From assembly GCF_041146345.1 (NCBI RefSeq), contig NW_027191419.1, positions 434,001 through 498,000 of the forward strand: a stretch of DNA of 64,000 bases. The letters run 5' to 3'. This document shows positions 49,091-61,541 of this stretch, one piece after another. Below the pieces are notes generated by a model. The model did not search any database. It worked only from the letters and a program-made list of their open reading frames with translations, and was not told the DNA's origin. Position 1 is the first letter of the stretch. Each line of letters begins with the position of its first letter. This DNA is from Neodothiora populina. Lineage: Eukaryota. A program made the position numbers and the translations under genes.

Positions 49091-51141
49091 GTCAGGCAGT
49101 CTGATCCAACGCCCTTATTTTACCACACTGACATCCAGCATAGTCTCCCTAATCGCACCAAGTAAATGATGTGTAAATGATGGCCACTGATCCTGGTCAT
49201 CAATCAAAAGTCGCGGGTACGAAAATTCGGTTATCACGATATACGATCGAGAAGTGCAGCGCACTGTGTGTTTCACATCTTGTCGTTGGCGTTGTCGTAC
49301 AACAATGATTGAAGATATGACTTTTCTGCAGCCCCGCAGCATCTTGTAGCACTTCCATTATGATATGATGATTTTCACGAAATACTAGATCTTCTTGATG
49401 CGTCTGCTGCTTAACAGCGCGGTTATTATAACGCCATAACATTAGCCCGCTCCCTCAAATATTGTCTTCATATCCTCTCTTTCGAGGCGGCAAGTCGACC
49501 CGTGATGTCCATGACTCATATGTGTACCAGTCATGTTCATGCAATGTTCCGATGTTATCCTTGAGTGATTACAATCAGGATTCACAACGCTCTTGCGCGA
49601 GGTGGAAGCCTTGGGCACTCGAATAGACTGTCTCCTTCCTTTTCCAATAACCACAGCGCATGCACTGTAAGCTTGAAAATCCAATGGTTAGGGGTTATCT
49701 GCCTGCGATGCGCTGTCAACGAGCACATGTAGACACCTATTCATGCGCCACCAGAGTCCTGTAGATGCATACTTGGATGAGAGTCCAGGCAGTCATTCGC
49801 TGGATTCATGCTAGACGACGTAGATACCACGGCATCGTATATTATAAAATAAATGAAACACACTCCATTGCCGCAGACTCGAACACCTGATTAAAGGCCA
49901 GTAATGGCGACAGATTCGTGTCTCGACGACGACTTTCACATGCCAAGTCAACGCGCGCTTAGCCGAACAATGGGAGCCAGGGTCACCAGCCAGCCAGCGG
50001 CTAGCAAAGTGGGAAATCTGTCCCGAGATGGCAAGTAGGGCGAGACGGGTCAAGGGGAACACGCTTTATTTCCCACAAATCCGGGTAAGGTTGTAGGACT
50101 GCCGACTGCTCGGTTGGTCTAGCGCGCGTCGTTCAATAATGTGATTTATTTTCCAACAGTGATACAGTGCCGTCGAAGATGGGCCTATCCAATTGTCTTC
50201 CCTGGGCCGGTCAGGGGATAATGCGGCATTTCGCATTCGCCTACCTGATCCTAGCCGTGCTGCGTCCCCCAAGTCTATAGAGGATCCATGGGCTTAGAAG
50301 CTTGCTTTCCCCCCGTCAAGCTAGGTGATTGGCCGGGCTGGGAGCTCTAATGCGTCGAGTGAAAATCCAAGAGGCTGCTTCTGCTCTTGATGGTACTGTA
50401 GCTGACTGAGGTGCCTGTCTGTACGTTTTCACTTCCGTCCGTGGACATCAGAATTGCCGCCCCTTCCTCTGATCATGGCTCTTACAAAGCCGAGCTGCAC
50501 GACCGAAAGTGTATGTCAGCGCTCTGTCGCGCCATTCTGGAGACTGTCGTATCTGTAGCGATGCAAGTGGCATCCGGGCCCCCTTGAATGCGGATGAAAG
50601 TTAAAGTGGCGCTAAGTCTTAGGGTAGCCAGACTATAGTGTGGAGGAGGTTCGACGGGTGGGCCTTCATCTCATCCCATCTCACCATTCCCCATCCTCCT
50701 AACTCTCGCTCTTCGTCATCGCTTCGTCCATATCTATCACATTGCTCTTCGGTCGCCGGACTGCGTAAGCTTGTTATAATTCAACTGATCCAGATATTGT
50801 CGCGCTTCGGTATCGACCCCTGATTTGGATATTTTTTTCGGTATTAAGATATCGCACCTTGACTTGCCTATCAGCGTCGCATCCAGGCTCGCCTATCATT
50901 TGTGCTCGTCGTCGAACCTGTCCCAACGTCGGTCACTTCACGGATTTATCAATCAATTCGAGGCCACGATACGCTCCACCGAGACTGCTGCATTCGCCTG
51001 ATCAGGTCAACTCATCGAGGATTGGTGATAGCAAATAGAGTTTCCTGTCGCAACGCGCAATCTCGCGAGTATATCGCGATCGTGTAGCTATCCATCGCCT
51101 TTTGCATAACTGTGAACAGTCGCGTGCGCGACGGCTACTCA

Positions 51142-52830
51142 ATGGCTATGGGTGATAGACGTACACTCCAAAACAGTCCTCCCTCGCGACTCATCGGGCT
51201 TCCTTCGCTCCATTCCTTTGCATCAGGCTCCACGAATCCAGGCATGAGGCTGGATACATACGCCATAAGTCCCAACGCAATATCGCAGTCCTCGAGCCTA
51301 TCCCCAACTTTGGAACGTCGCACTCAGGACAGAGCATTCCCTCCGCTGACCCTCAGCAATTCTGATCCTGCTCACATTGGCGGTCAAGCGCGTATCCGGC
51401 TCCGCATACCACGTACCCTGGACATCTCGACATTGCGCATGCTTTTATTCTCGGTCGACTACCAGGATTGTTTCATACTCAATAACGATGACAGCACGTC
51501 TTGCGCCATGGCCATAGCCACATTCAAGGACATAAGCCAAGCTAGATCTGCGCAAGAAGCCCTCAATGGTAGGCTGATTCCCAACCATGGTGCGAAGATG
51601 ATCGTGGAGATCCTGAGCGAGGACGAGGATCACCTTGGTTCGCGGCGCATGACTATTGATGGTATCAGTGCCAGGAATAACTCAGTCTCTGCCGCATCCA
51701 GTGCTTCCTCGAATAATCACCCTCTGATGCGACCAGGCTCTTCTCGCTACAGCTTCAGTGTCTCGGGCAACAAGGACAGCTCTCCCCCTCTCAGATCCCC
51801 GGTAGAGACTTCCCGGATGCAAAGCATATTCGCGTCCACTTCTCCCAATGGCATTTCTGGCAATTCACTACTCAACGAAGATCATGGCGATGACGATGGA
51901 TTGCTTAATGAGTGTCTCCCGCACGCCCCGAACGGCCATTTCTCCAACCTGCACCGAGGTCTCGACGCAGAGAGCTTCGACTCATCTTTCAGCAACTTGT
52001 CGTTGAACACGAGTATGAGTAGCAGCTTCACTTCTCCAACAAGCGAGTCTACCCTGACTTCGCCACGAACATTTTCAGCTGTCCAGTCTCCTACAGGCAT
52101 TTCCAGTTCAGCGAGTGCGACCACTAACAGTGGCTGGAGCATGGGGCGTCCGAGACAGAGCATGCCTCCCGCCAATCCCGCCGACCAGAACCCTCCTTGC
52201 AACACACTCTACGTTGGAAACTTGCCTCCGAATACTCATGAGGAGGAGCTCAAGACGCTTTTCTCGCGCCAGAGAGGATACAGACGACTTTGCTTCCGCA
52301 CTAAGAATAATGGACCCATGTGCTTCGTTGAGTTTGAAGACATTAACTATGCCGCGCAGACTCTCGACAACTTGTACGGGACAATGTTGACCAACAGCGT
52401 CAAGGGAGGCATCAGGCTGAGCTTTTCGAAGAATCCACTGGGAGTTCGTCGTGACCAGAGCTCGCCGAGTTCTCCCATGGGCTCCCAGACTATGTTGAGC
52501 GGTCTTAATAATGGTCCGGCCGGGTCCTTTGCTACTGCCAATGGTCCGCCCCCCGGCTTGCCGGCTCCCAACCCACGCGCACCAGCGAGCTTTTCCCACA
52601 ATGTCGGAGCTCACGCAGGCACAGGGCGAGGGTACCATAATGGCATCACTTCCAGCAGCCAGCCCTTCGCTGCAGCGTCACGTATGCAGCCGGGTGCTGC
52701 ACCGTACTCTAATGTCCCAGTCAGCAACCAGTTTCCTGGGATGGCTAACGGGCCGCAACATCTTTTCGGCGGCTATCAGAGTCCTATGAGTGGACCATTT
52801 GCAGGAGTCACCAACGGACATGTGATCTAG
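51142..52830 (+). CDS. WHI3: Whi3/Whi4/Scw1-family RNA-binding protein
   Basis: Diagnostic [79 protein letters not shown], plus a degenerate N-terminal RRM. Confidence 0.88.
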   Translation: MAMGDRRTLQNSPPSRLIGLPSLHSFASGSTNPGMRLDTYAISPNAISQSSSLSPTLERRTQDRAFPPLTLSNSDPAHIGGQARIRLRIPRTLDISTLRMLLFSVDYQDCFILNNDDSTSCAMAIATFKDISQARSAQEALNGRLIPNHGAKMIVEILSEDEDHLGSRRMTIDGISARNNSVSAASSASSNNHPLMRPGSSRYSFSVSGNKDSSPPLRSPVETSRMQSIFASTSPNGISGNSLLNEDHGDDDGLLNECLPHAPNGHFSNLHRGLDAESFDSSFSNLSLNTSMSSSFTSPTSESTLTSPRTFSAVQSPTGISSSASATTNSGWSMGRPRQSMPPANPADQNPPCNTLYVGNLPPNTHEEELKTLFSRQRGYRRLCFRTKNNGPMCFVEFEDINYAAQTLDNLYGTMLTNSVKGGIRLSFSKNPLGVRRDQSSPSSPMGSQTMLSGLNNGPAGSFATANGPPPGLPAPNPRAPASFSHNVGAHAGTGRGYHNGITSSSQPFAAASRMQPGAAPYSNVPVSNQFPGMANGPQHLFGGYQSPMSGPFAGVTNGHVI

Positions 52831-53804
52831 TAGTGCATCGGCAGACTGTCTGCTCATACTATGGCTCACTGGCAAAATCAGCCTTTCTGTCAGATCAAGG
52901 CATCTGTGCTACTACACGACAGAGCTGGACTTCTCTGTCTGCCACGGGACTGGGCCTACTTCTGGAATCACGATTGCACGATACTAAGCGTCGCTTAATA
53001 ATCTTGCAACTTTGACAATTTTTAGTATACATGCAGGGATAGCGGAGGGGGCGTTTTGAGGGTGACAAGAGGATCATTGGCGCAATGGAGGGGTGCGCGG
53101 AACACACTTGGCAATATTCGGTGGGTCAGGTTCTGCATTCTGCATAGCAATACCCACGGAGATTTCCCCATGAGCGAGTGTTTTTCGCAGAGTGTTTGGT
53201 TTCCCCGAGGGTCACATGTACGTGAACTTTCATTGTTTCGGGGCGCAAGGGAGGTGCACGTTTTTTTTAAATGGACCGAGATCATTTGGTTTTGGTATGG
53301 GGTTCTGGGGCATTGTCAAGCAGGAAACACCGAGAAGTTGATATGTTTGGGCTGCGCGCATTCACAGTCATTTGATTCCATCTTGGGAAAGGTCACATCA
53401 GAGAGGGGGGGTTCTTTGCCATTGTTTCTTTCTTTGAGCATGTATTTCCACAGCCAGGTGCGACTCACGACGATGGTTCGACATGGAGCTGCGCTGGGAG
53501 GGAGGAGTTTGCTGTTCATCATGATTATACAGGGATTATGGATATGGTATAAACATTGATTCTTCCAGGACTGGCATACAGTAACATCCAGAGAGATATA
53601 ATAATGTGTGATGAATAAAGGACCTTGTCACGTGTACTAGGAGTAGGCAAGTCGGCGCACGGGCCAAGGCAGCTCAAATTTCGGCCGTCGTCTCTAGCAA
53701 TTGCCTTGCTTGGGTGGACAGATGCTGTCAGCTGCTGCAACAAATTCACTGTCGACCGCGTTTTGTACAACCTATTGTGGCAGTTCCGTCTCACACACAT
53801 CACG

Positions 53805-55197
53805 ATGCCTCCACGATTAGGGTCCCGCGCCTCACATGTCCAGAGATCTTGTGGACAGTGCCTCCACCAGACAGTATGCAGCGGCAAGCGGAAACCATCG
53901 AATGCACGCAACTTCTCTCAGTCCTCGTCACAATCCTTCCAACCGTCGTCTAGACAAGCGACGCGCCTGAGACGAAACATGTTTGCCTGGCTGAATGGAC
54001 CCGGCCGAGCGTTCCGGGAGCCTCAGCCAATGTCGACAAACTACCTCGGAGCCTACGACAAGATGGGAAAGCTTCGCAGGAACCAGGGCCGAGACATGGA
54101 CAGTCCGGCGACGTCTGCCGCAGAAGAGGAGGATGTAAAGGACGAGGGCCTCAGCGATGCGGAGAAGCAGGAGTTGAAGGAGAAGCGGAAAGCCGAGCTG
54201 GAAGATGCAAAGGCTCAGCAGAACATGCATATCAAACCCACCGCGGCTGACTTCAGGCCGTTTCCCCTGAACTTCAGCTTCAAGAGTGAGCCCGTCTTGA
54301 GCGAAGGCCTGCGCGAGGAGTTGTGGAGGCAGGTTGTCGAGCTCAAGCAGAGTGTGGCCACCGTCAGCGCTGTCTTTGGTGTGGACATGCGAAGAGTGGC
54401 TGCTGTGGTGAGACTGACGACGGTTGAGAAGGAGTGGGTCGCAAAGGTACGTTGTTTGTCTATTCTTGTTTCCTTTCTCCATTCGTGTCCAATGATGATG
54501 AACCAAAAAAAATCGATTAGTCTTTAAGACAAATACATGGTTACAAAATTTACGCATGCGAGCCTCTCTGATTGCACATATCCCTTCCTCAACGCTTTCT
54601 CAACTTCTTCTGCGCCATCAACCGCGTGTGACTGACAAGCCATCTACGAAACAGGGTGAGAAACTCGCCACTCCATACGCATCCGCCGTGCTCGCCATGC
54701 TTCCCCAAACAAGATGGTCCCCGACAAAGAAAATCTATCCTCACGAATCCATCAACGACCTGCCAGTCCACCCCTGGACCCGTCAACAAATCTTCTACCC
54801 GACCTCTGAATCCCGACACTTCACACGTGCCGACGCAGCCAAGGTCTTCTCGCCCACCCTTTTACCGGCAGACGACAGAATCCCTCACCCTGAGCTCGTT
54901 CAATTAGAAAGAGAGGCAGCGAATGAAGTCGACCGCGACCAGCGTCTGGCCGCACAGAAAGCCAGAGACGAAAAGGCTCAGAGGGCGCAGCAGGAAAAGG
55001 AGCGCAAGCAAGCCGAATGGGAGGCCAAGAACCGCCGCACCGTCGCCGGCCAACGGTGGGACTTCAACTTCACCAACATCAGTGTCGAGGAGGCCGGCAA
55101 GGACGGTCGCGGCAGACGCGCTGTCGGCTGGAGATACGGAAACCCGCACAACGACAGGAAGCGCGGCGTCATCAAGATACCCACGAGCGTCGAGTGA
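53805..55197 (+). CDS. MRPS35: Mitochondrial small-subunit ribosomal protein mS45 (37S S35, Bot1 family)
   Basis: R/S-rich presequence; RRNMFAWLNGPG, TNYLGAYD, RPFPLN..FKSEPVLSEGLREELW, FGVDMRRVAAVVRL, HESINDLPVH, SESRHFTRADAA, GWRYGNPHNDRKRG. Intron 54447-54654. Confidence 0.88.
54486..54578 (+). ncRNA. Intronic box C/D snoRNA with two guides antisense to LSU rRNA
   Basis: Box C ATGATGA (54492-54498), guide TCGATTAGTCTTT (54513-54525) with D' AAGA, C'-like ATGGTTA, guide TGCGAGCCTCT (54557-54567) with box D CTGA (54568-54571), terminal stem TGTCCAA/TTGCACA. The guides match conserved 25S sequences AAAGACUAAUCGA and GGAGGCUCGCA (recalled). Confidence 0.85.
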
Positions 55198-55552
55198 GAT
55201 GGTCTTTGACACTACGCATCGTTGCGGGGGAAAGGAACGTGTATATATATCATGTAGGATAGACGGTCAATGCAACATGAATCAGATGGAACGTCCGTCG
55301 TGTGCATCTGGATTGTTATTGACGCTGTTGATTGTCCCTTCTTTGAGAATTACAGAAAGTCGCAAAAGAGGCTTCGGGGTTTCGTATATGCAAGACTATG
55401 ATATCCATGTAGCGCTAGGCTTAGCATTTACTCGATCTACACTGCCACATGACAGGCACGACGAGCATTGAATGCACGAGAAGGGCAAGTCCCATCTCTA
55501 CTCTATCCATTCCTCTACCATCTTCAAGAAAACAAGCACACCGCCTACATAC

Positions 55553-55918
55553 CTACCTCGCAGTCCAATCATCAACAACATGCCCCGGCACATCCCTAAG
55601 CAAGACATGAACATGATCCACGCCCCGAACACTCTGCAACGCGACCCAATTCTTGAACCAAAGCACATTCTCGCGGCCCTTGCCCTCTCCAAAAAGCGCA
55701 TCCAGCGGCGTGGCAAAAGTCCGCTGCACGAAATCCTCGATGACACGTCTCGAGGCCGCCGTCACGTCGCCTGAGCTCGCATCTGTCGCGATCGGCGTCT
55801 TGCTCCACACGCATAGATGCGTGATGTTGTGGTCGAGACCGTAGGGCCAGTCGTTACGCAGGATGCGGAAGTCGTCGGTGTTCGCGAAGGGAGTGGGGTT
55901 TGAGAAGGAGAACTGCGG

Positions 55919-55957
<39 letters not shown>

Positions 55958-56364
55958 TTGTTTTTCTTGCTGCTGCAAAGGCGTCCAGTGCAGGCGCTCC
56001 TTGACCACGAAGTCCGTGATGCCGCCGTACTGCGCTTTGATCTCTGCCGACCACGCCAGGTAGCGGCGCAGGTCGCTTGGTTTGCGCTTCAGTTCCTCCA
56101 AGTGATTGGTGGCTGTTTCTCGTGCGAATCGAAACAGGAATCAGAAAAAAACGCTGGGGAAAGACTGGGAAAAGGGATAGATGGAAAGAAAGAGAGGATA
56201 GGAAGTTCAGTACATATTATTTCACTTAGCTCGCTCCATGTCGTCAGGGCGAATTCCGAGTCGGTCATGGAGAGGATCTTCTTGTCGGTTGATGTGAGGG
56301 GGAAGGCACTGAAGTCATTGTAGTTCTTGCTGTTGTCCTGGTCGGACTTGGCGATCCCATTCAT
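55553..56364 (-). CDS. DUF3605 / GIG1-like (N-acetylglucosamine-induced) protein
   Basis: TWSELSEII|STNHLEELKRKPSDLRRYLAW..ILRNDWPYGLDHNITHLCVWSK..WFKNWVALQSVRGVDHVHVL. Intron 56113-56213. Confidence 0.85.
55922..55960 (-). repeat. Coding (CAA)2(CAG)11 microsatellite encoding Q13
   Basis: (ctg)11(ttg)2 on the + strand, inside the GIG1-like CDS. Confidence 0.95.
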
Positions 56365-57007
56365 GGCCAAGATAGAGAGAAGTAGCTCGAGGATGGGGGT
56401 GATTGTTATAGTGTGACTACTGTATATGTCGCAAACGATTGCCGCTTTGTGCTTTTCAGAAGGATCGCTGCCACTTTTCAACAATGGTACTGTACAGTCT
56501 GTCTATGGAATACAGCACAGTAGACGCAGAGAGGCAGTGACAAGTCGGGTTTAGCAAAACAACAAAACAATGTCGCAGTCAAGGTGTTGAGTAAAGTGGC
56601 ATTATTGCCAAGGATGGAAAGAATATCCCTTGATACTCAGTGTCAGTACAAGTAAGTACAATGACACAAAGCAAGCTGTCGGTGAAAGCGCCCCGTTTCG
56701 AGATAAGCCGCGAATTGGAGTCGTCGGGCCCGCTCCACCCCCCACCCCGCTTGAACAAGAGACAAAAGCCTTGGGTAGGTCGAAGATCGCTTTAGCGAAG
56801 ATCGGAGCAATGAATACTGTATATGTATATGCTGTGACGCTCGTACATATGGTAGTAGCTTCATAACTGCTGGTTGATTTCCCTTTCCGCCATTGTCCAT
56901 CTTCTTTTTTCCTGTTTCTTCCTCACAACTCTCTCTTGTCTTCCTCATTGCTCGAGTGGCTTGAAGGAAAGCAGCAGTGCAATTTGTCCCTCCCGCGCTC
57001 GCAAAAC

Positions 57008-57999
57008 ATGTCGGCCGTTCTGACTGTATACCTTCCCTCGGCAGTCCTCATCGTAGGAACTGCCTTGGTGAAGAAGGAGTACCTGCCTGTTGCGATTGCC
57101 ATTTCGGCAGCTCTGGCAGGTTACCAATTCCTGTTCAATGGCACTAGCAGTAAGTGAAATCACCCTAAGACAGCGTCTCTCGTCACCATACTGATACATC
57201 CAAAACAGAGCCCAAGAAGGTCCTTGATACGGCCAACTTCCAGCTGTTCCCATTGACGGAGAAGACGGTGCTGTCTCACAACACTGCCATCTACCGCTTC
57301 GAGCTCCCCAGCGCAAACTCCATCCTCGGTCTTCCCACTGGCCAGCACATTTCCCTCGGCGCCACCCTCCCAGTCACCGACCCCAAGACCGGCGTCACTG
57401 CGCAAAAGGAAATCCTCCGCTCTTACACTCCCATCACCGATGACACCACCCCCGGTCACTTTGATCTCCTGGTCAAGAGCTACCCCACCGGAAACATCAG
57501 CAAGTTCCTGGCCGAGATGAAGATTGGAGACAAGATGAAGGTCAAGGGCCCCAAGGGAGCCATGTCCTACTCTCCCAACATGGTCAAGCGATTCGGCATG
57601 ATCGCCGGTGGCACCGGCATCACGCCGATGCTTCAGATCACCAAGGCCATCATCCGCGGACGCAGCAGCGGCGACAAGACCGAGGTCGACCTGATCTTTG
57701 CGAATGTCAACCCAGAGGACATCTTGCTCAAGGACGAGCTCGACCAGCTGGCCGCGCAGGACAAGGGCTTCAGGGTCCACTATGTCCTCAACAACCCTCC
57801 CGAGGGCTGGACCGGCGGCGTGGGTTTCGTCACTGCGGATATGATCAAGGAACGCCTTCCCGCGCCTTCTCCTGACATGAAGCTTCTCGTCTGCGGTCCT
57901 CCTCCCATGGTGTCGGCCATGAAGAAGGCTGCCGAGGGTCTCGGTTACAACAAGGCCAGACCTGTCAGCAAGCTCGACGACCAGGTCTTCTGCTTTTAA
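57008..57999 (+). CDS. CBR1: NADH-cytochrome b5 reductase 1
   Basis: N-terminal hydrophobic anchor, intron 57150-57208, [49 protein letters not shown]. Confidence 0.93.
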
Positions 58000-59225
58000 A
58001 GAATCCGCGAACACTTTATTGCCTCGTGCGTTCTCTAGCAAACACCGTCACCGTAATATGAGACGAACCAAAAACCCCCACTATTGGCAATGCTTCGGTA
58101 TGGACAGTACATTAGGGTTTGGACGCTCAGGGCGGGAAAAGTCTCGCGAGAAACTCGGAGTTGTTCTTCTCAACGGACGAATCAGGCAAGCACAGCGATC
58201 ACGGCGATTAAATGCAGCTAGCAAATGATTGTGCTGCTGCTGTAGACGGACATGATTGGCACGAATGAGAGGACACCATTTGGGCATGGATGAATATAGC
58301 AAAAGGAATAGAGACGTCAGAAATGAGGAGAATAAAAACATTGACAAAGACCATACCTGCGTATATACATAGAAAATATCTCTCGACCGAGACGTGATTG
58401 TCGCACGCATACTGTAGTCAGTCACCTAGTACTCGCAGACAAGCAAAAGATATCTCCCATGAACATCGTCATGTCAGACCACGAATCCCGAAACTTTTTC
58501 TACCTGAGTTGATCGCACACACGAAGAAGCCAAAGTGGCAGCTATACGTATCCAAAGTAATGCAAGCGATATCTCCCTCCCTCGGCACATGGAAACACAG
58601 ACACCGGACTCGATCACCACCCCATAAACTTTCTTCCCAGATCACAAGGAAGCTGACAAAAGAGCAAGTATAGACTTGGAGTAAGCGAAGGGTGACATAC
58701 AATAATGTCATGCAGGTCCATAGCTTTGTACAATTGATGGAAAGAGACGAAGGATTCCGTCCGGGAGGCGATTATTGTCGCGAAGGAAGAGGGCGCGGAG
58801 ACGTTGGACGAGATAAGACACGGTAGCTTGTGAGAGAGATAAAGGGGGAACATCAGATGGTCGATTTGTCTATGCTACATACAAGAGAGTTTTTCGAAAC
58901 GAAAAGCGAAGAAGAGGAAAAAAAAAAAGACGAAACAGGAAAGAACGGTTTCTCGCATACCGCCCCCTGATAACGCAGCAAAGCGGTATTTCTCAAGAGA
59001 ACCCGATGAGGGAAGGGGGAATAAATCGAGCATTTTCTTTCTGCGATTCTTTCTTCATTTCAACATTTCTTTTCTTGCTCTCTTGTGCCGAAAAGAAAGA
59101 CGGGAAAAAAGAAGAGGGTCTCGGGGAGGGGAGTATATACACGGGCAGCAGAAACAGACACGTGCCTTCGTCCTCTTCTTTTTCTTCTTTTTTTCTTCTC
59201 TCTTTTTTCTCCTTGCTTCCTTCCC

Positions 59226-60616
59226 TTACTCTTCGGAAGCAGCGGCACCGGTGATGATCTCGACCAACTCGCCGGTAATGACGGCCTGTCTGGTACGGTT
59301 GAAAAGAATCTGGAACCTGTTGATCATGTCTCCTGCGTTCTTGGAGGCGTTGTCCATGGCGTTGCGACGTGCAGATTGCTCGCAAGCGTGGCCTTCGGCA
59401 AGAGCCTGTGGTAAACATTGTTAGTCACACGGTTTTTGCATACTTCGCAAAGCGCTTGTCCACTTACCCAGAAGAGACCGTTGGCGAGGGCGTACTCCTG
59501 GAGGTTGCCGAGGATGGAGTCGTCAACCTCGAAGTTGGAGAAGTTGGCTATCGAAACATATGTCAGCATCAATTACAGCGAAAGGAGAAGGGGGGAGAAA
59601 CGTACGGGAAGCGGCGATTGCCTCGGCGCTGAAGGCGTCGATGATGGTGGGCTCGTAGCTCTGGGCGTTGACGAACTTGTTGTACATGATCTTGACGCCG
59701 GCGTAGTCGCCAGAGTTGGCGATAAGAGTGACCTGGTCGGCGATGGCGCTGGCATCGGCAAAGGTGGGAATGTCCTTGCCGAAGTTGGAGAAGCTGAGCT
59801 TGATGCTCTTGGGGCTGCTTCTGCTGAGCTGGGCCTTGCACTTCTCTCCGACGATGACGAGGTCGTAGTTGGCGTTGGGCTCGTTGAAGAGCTTGCGGGT
59901 GGCACGAGAGAGACCGGAGTGGATACCACCGCAGAGGCCCTTGTCGGAAGAGCAGATGACGAGGAGCTGCTTCTTGCCCTCGGCGTCAGTGACCTTGGTC
60001 TCGGCCTCGTCGAAGACCTGGTTGGAGGTCTGTCCGTAGGAGCGGGACTCGGTCATGGCACGCTGGGCGCGGGTGAGCTTGGTCGAGGCGACAATCTTCA
60101 TGGTCTTGGTGATCTTCTCGATGTTGCGAATGGACTTGAGACGGTCCTCGATCTCGCGGAGGGTGGCATAGTTGGCCGATGCCGATGCGGTCATCGAGGG
60201 AGCAGCAGCAGTGGGTCTGTCAAAAAGGTCATGGTGAGCGTCAAGGATCAATTGGAGTCAACAGCGTGCTTTCTTGCTCTTTCTCGTGCATCTGCTATGC
60301 TGTCGTCTGTCGCTCTTCTGTTCCGTCTCTTGATTCTGATATCCTCGTGACCGCATATTCTCGTTCCGCCTTCCCGGCTCTCTTACTTCCGCCATCTTGC
60401 TCGTCATCCAAACATCCGTCTCTTGCACCAGGCCACGGAACGTCTCTATTCTTTTTCCGGCACCAGAGAAGTGACACAGCGACGAAGAGCGACACAGAAC
60501 AAGACATGGCGACACACGAGAGAAGATTGTCGGAATGGTGTCGGACTGGCGGATGCGGCATACCTGAGTGCTTGGGCACCGGCCCTGGCGGCGGGACGAA
60601 CAGCTCTGGACAGCAT
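59226..60616 (-). CDS. ATP3: Mitochondrial F1 ATP synthase gamma subunit
   Basis: [18 protein letters not shown]|..[74 protein letters not shown]. Three introns; the first is 60217-60563. Confidence 0.97.
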
Positions 60617-61541
60617 CGTGTATAGCTCAAGCCGAAAAGAGCACGAAAATGACGAGGAGAAGGAGGGGAGAGTGGGAGAGATTGGTGTCAAGGTCAATTG
60701 GACTTGATGGCGTCTCAATTCAATTCAATCCACGACGAGAGCACCGCAAGCTTCACACACACCAAGAGTCCCATACCCTGCGCTGAGTCTTGGCACGAGA
60801 GAGCCTGCTCCTTCCTCCTTCCTCCTTCTTCCTCCTTCCTCCTTCCTCGCCTTCGCTGCTCTCTGTCGCGTTCTTGCCCGAATCTCCCGTCGGTTCTTCC
60901 CGCTCTGGCAAACGGTCTGAGCTCTACCACTGTTCCACATTATACCACAGAGACAACCTCCTGCAAGTACTTGCCGTCACGTAGAAATACCGTAATTATT
61001 GTACTTAAATACTGTACACTGATAATCGCAGTGCATCTTAGCGTCGATGTCAGGTACGATGTGTGGATAGACTTTGTGCTGTACTCTACCTTAGTTAGTA
61101 TCAACGGACAGTGTGGGACGGACTCTTGTCTCTCTCGACTCTTGTCTCTTTACGTCTTTCCTGTCTCTGAGTGTGCATCTCCTTTACTCTCTATTTGCTT
61201 TTTCCTTCTTCCTCGACCCCCTCCGTAGCTCTTGCTCCTCTCGTCATCCTGACTCTTCCCGAACCTCGGTTTCATTTCTTCGTCTCCTGCATCCAATCGT
61301 TATCATCTCTGCACTTCCGAAGTTCCGGGAAGTTCACTTGTTCTCGAACTTATCCTCGAGCTTCTTCCGCTCCTGTGCCTCGCGTCTTCCTCAGCCGCGT
61401 CGAGTCGCAAATCTCTCGACTGCTTGCGCCACTTGGTCTGCGTCGCGCCAGTCAACAGGCAGACGCGATCACTTTTCATTTGCAACTGCTCGCAAGCCTT
61501 GGCCTTTCATCGACATTGATAAATCACTGTTGACTCGCATA

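Noticed and set aside
57160..58041. 293-aa antisense ORF over CBR1
   Set aside because: Mirror of a strongly codon-biased gene.
58890..59225. A/G- and T/C-rich low-complexity tracts and short K/F-rich ORFs
   Set aside because: Simple sequence in the ATP3 3' UTR region, with no terminal repeats or element structure.
59418..60350. 310-aa plus-strand ORF over ATP3
   Set aside because: Antisense shadow of a highly expressed, codon-biased gene.
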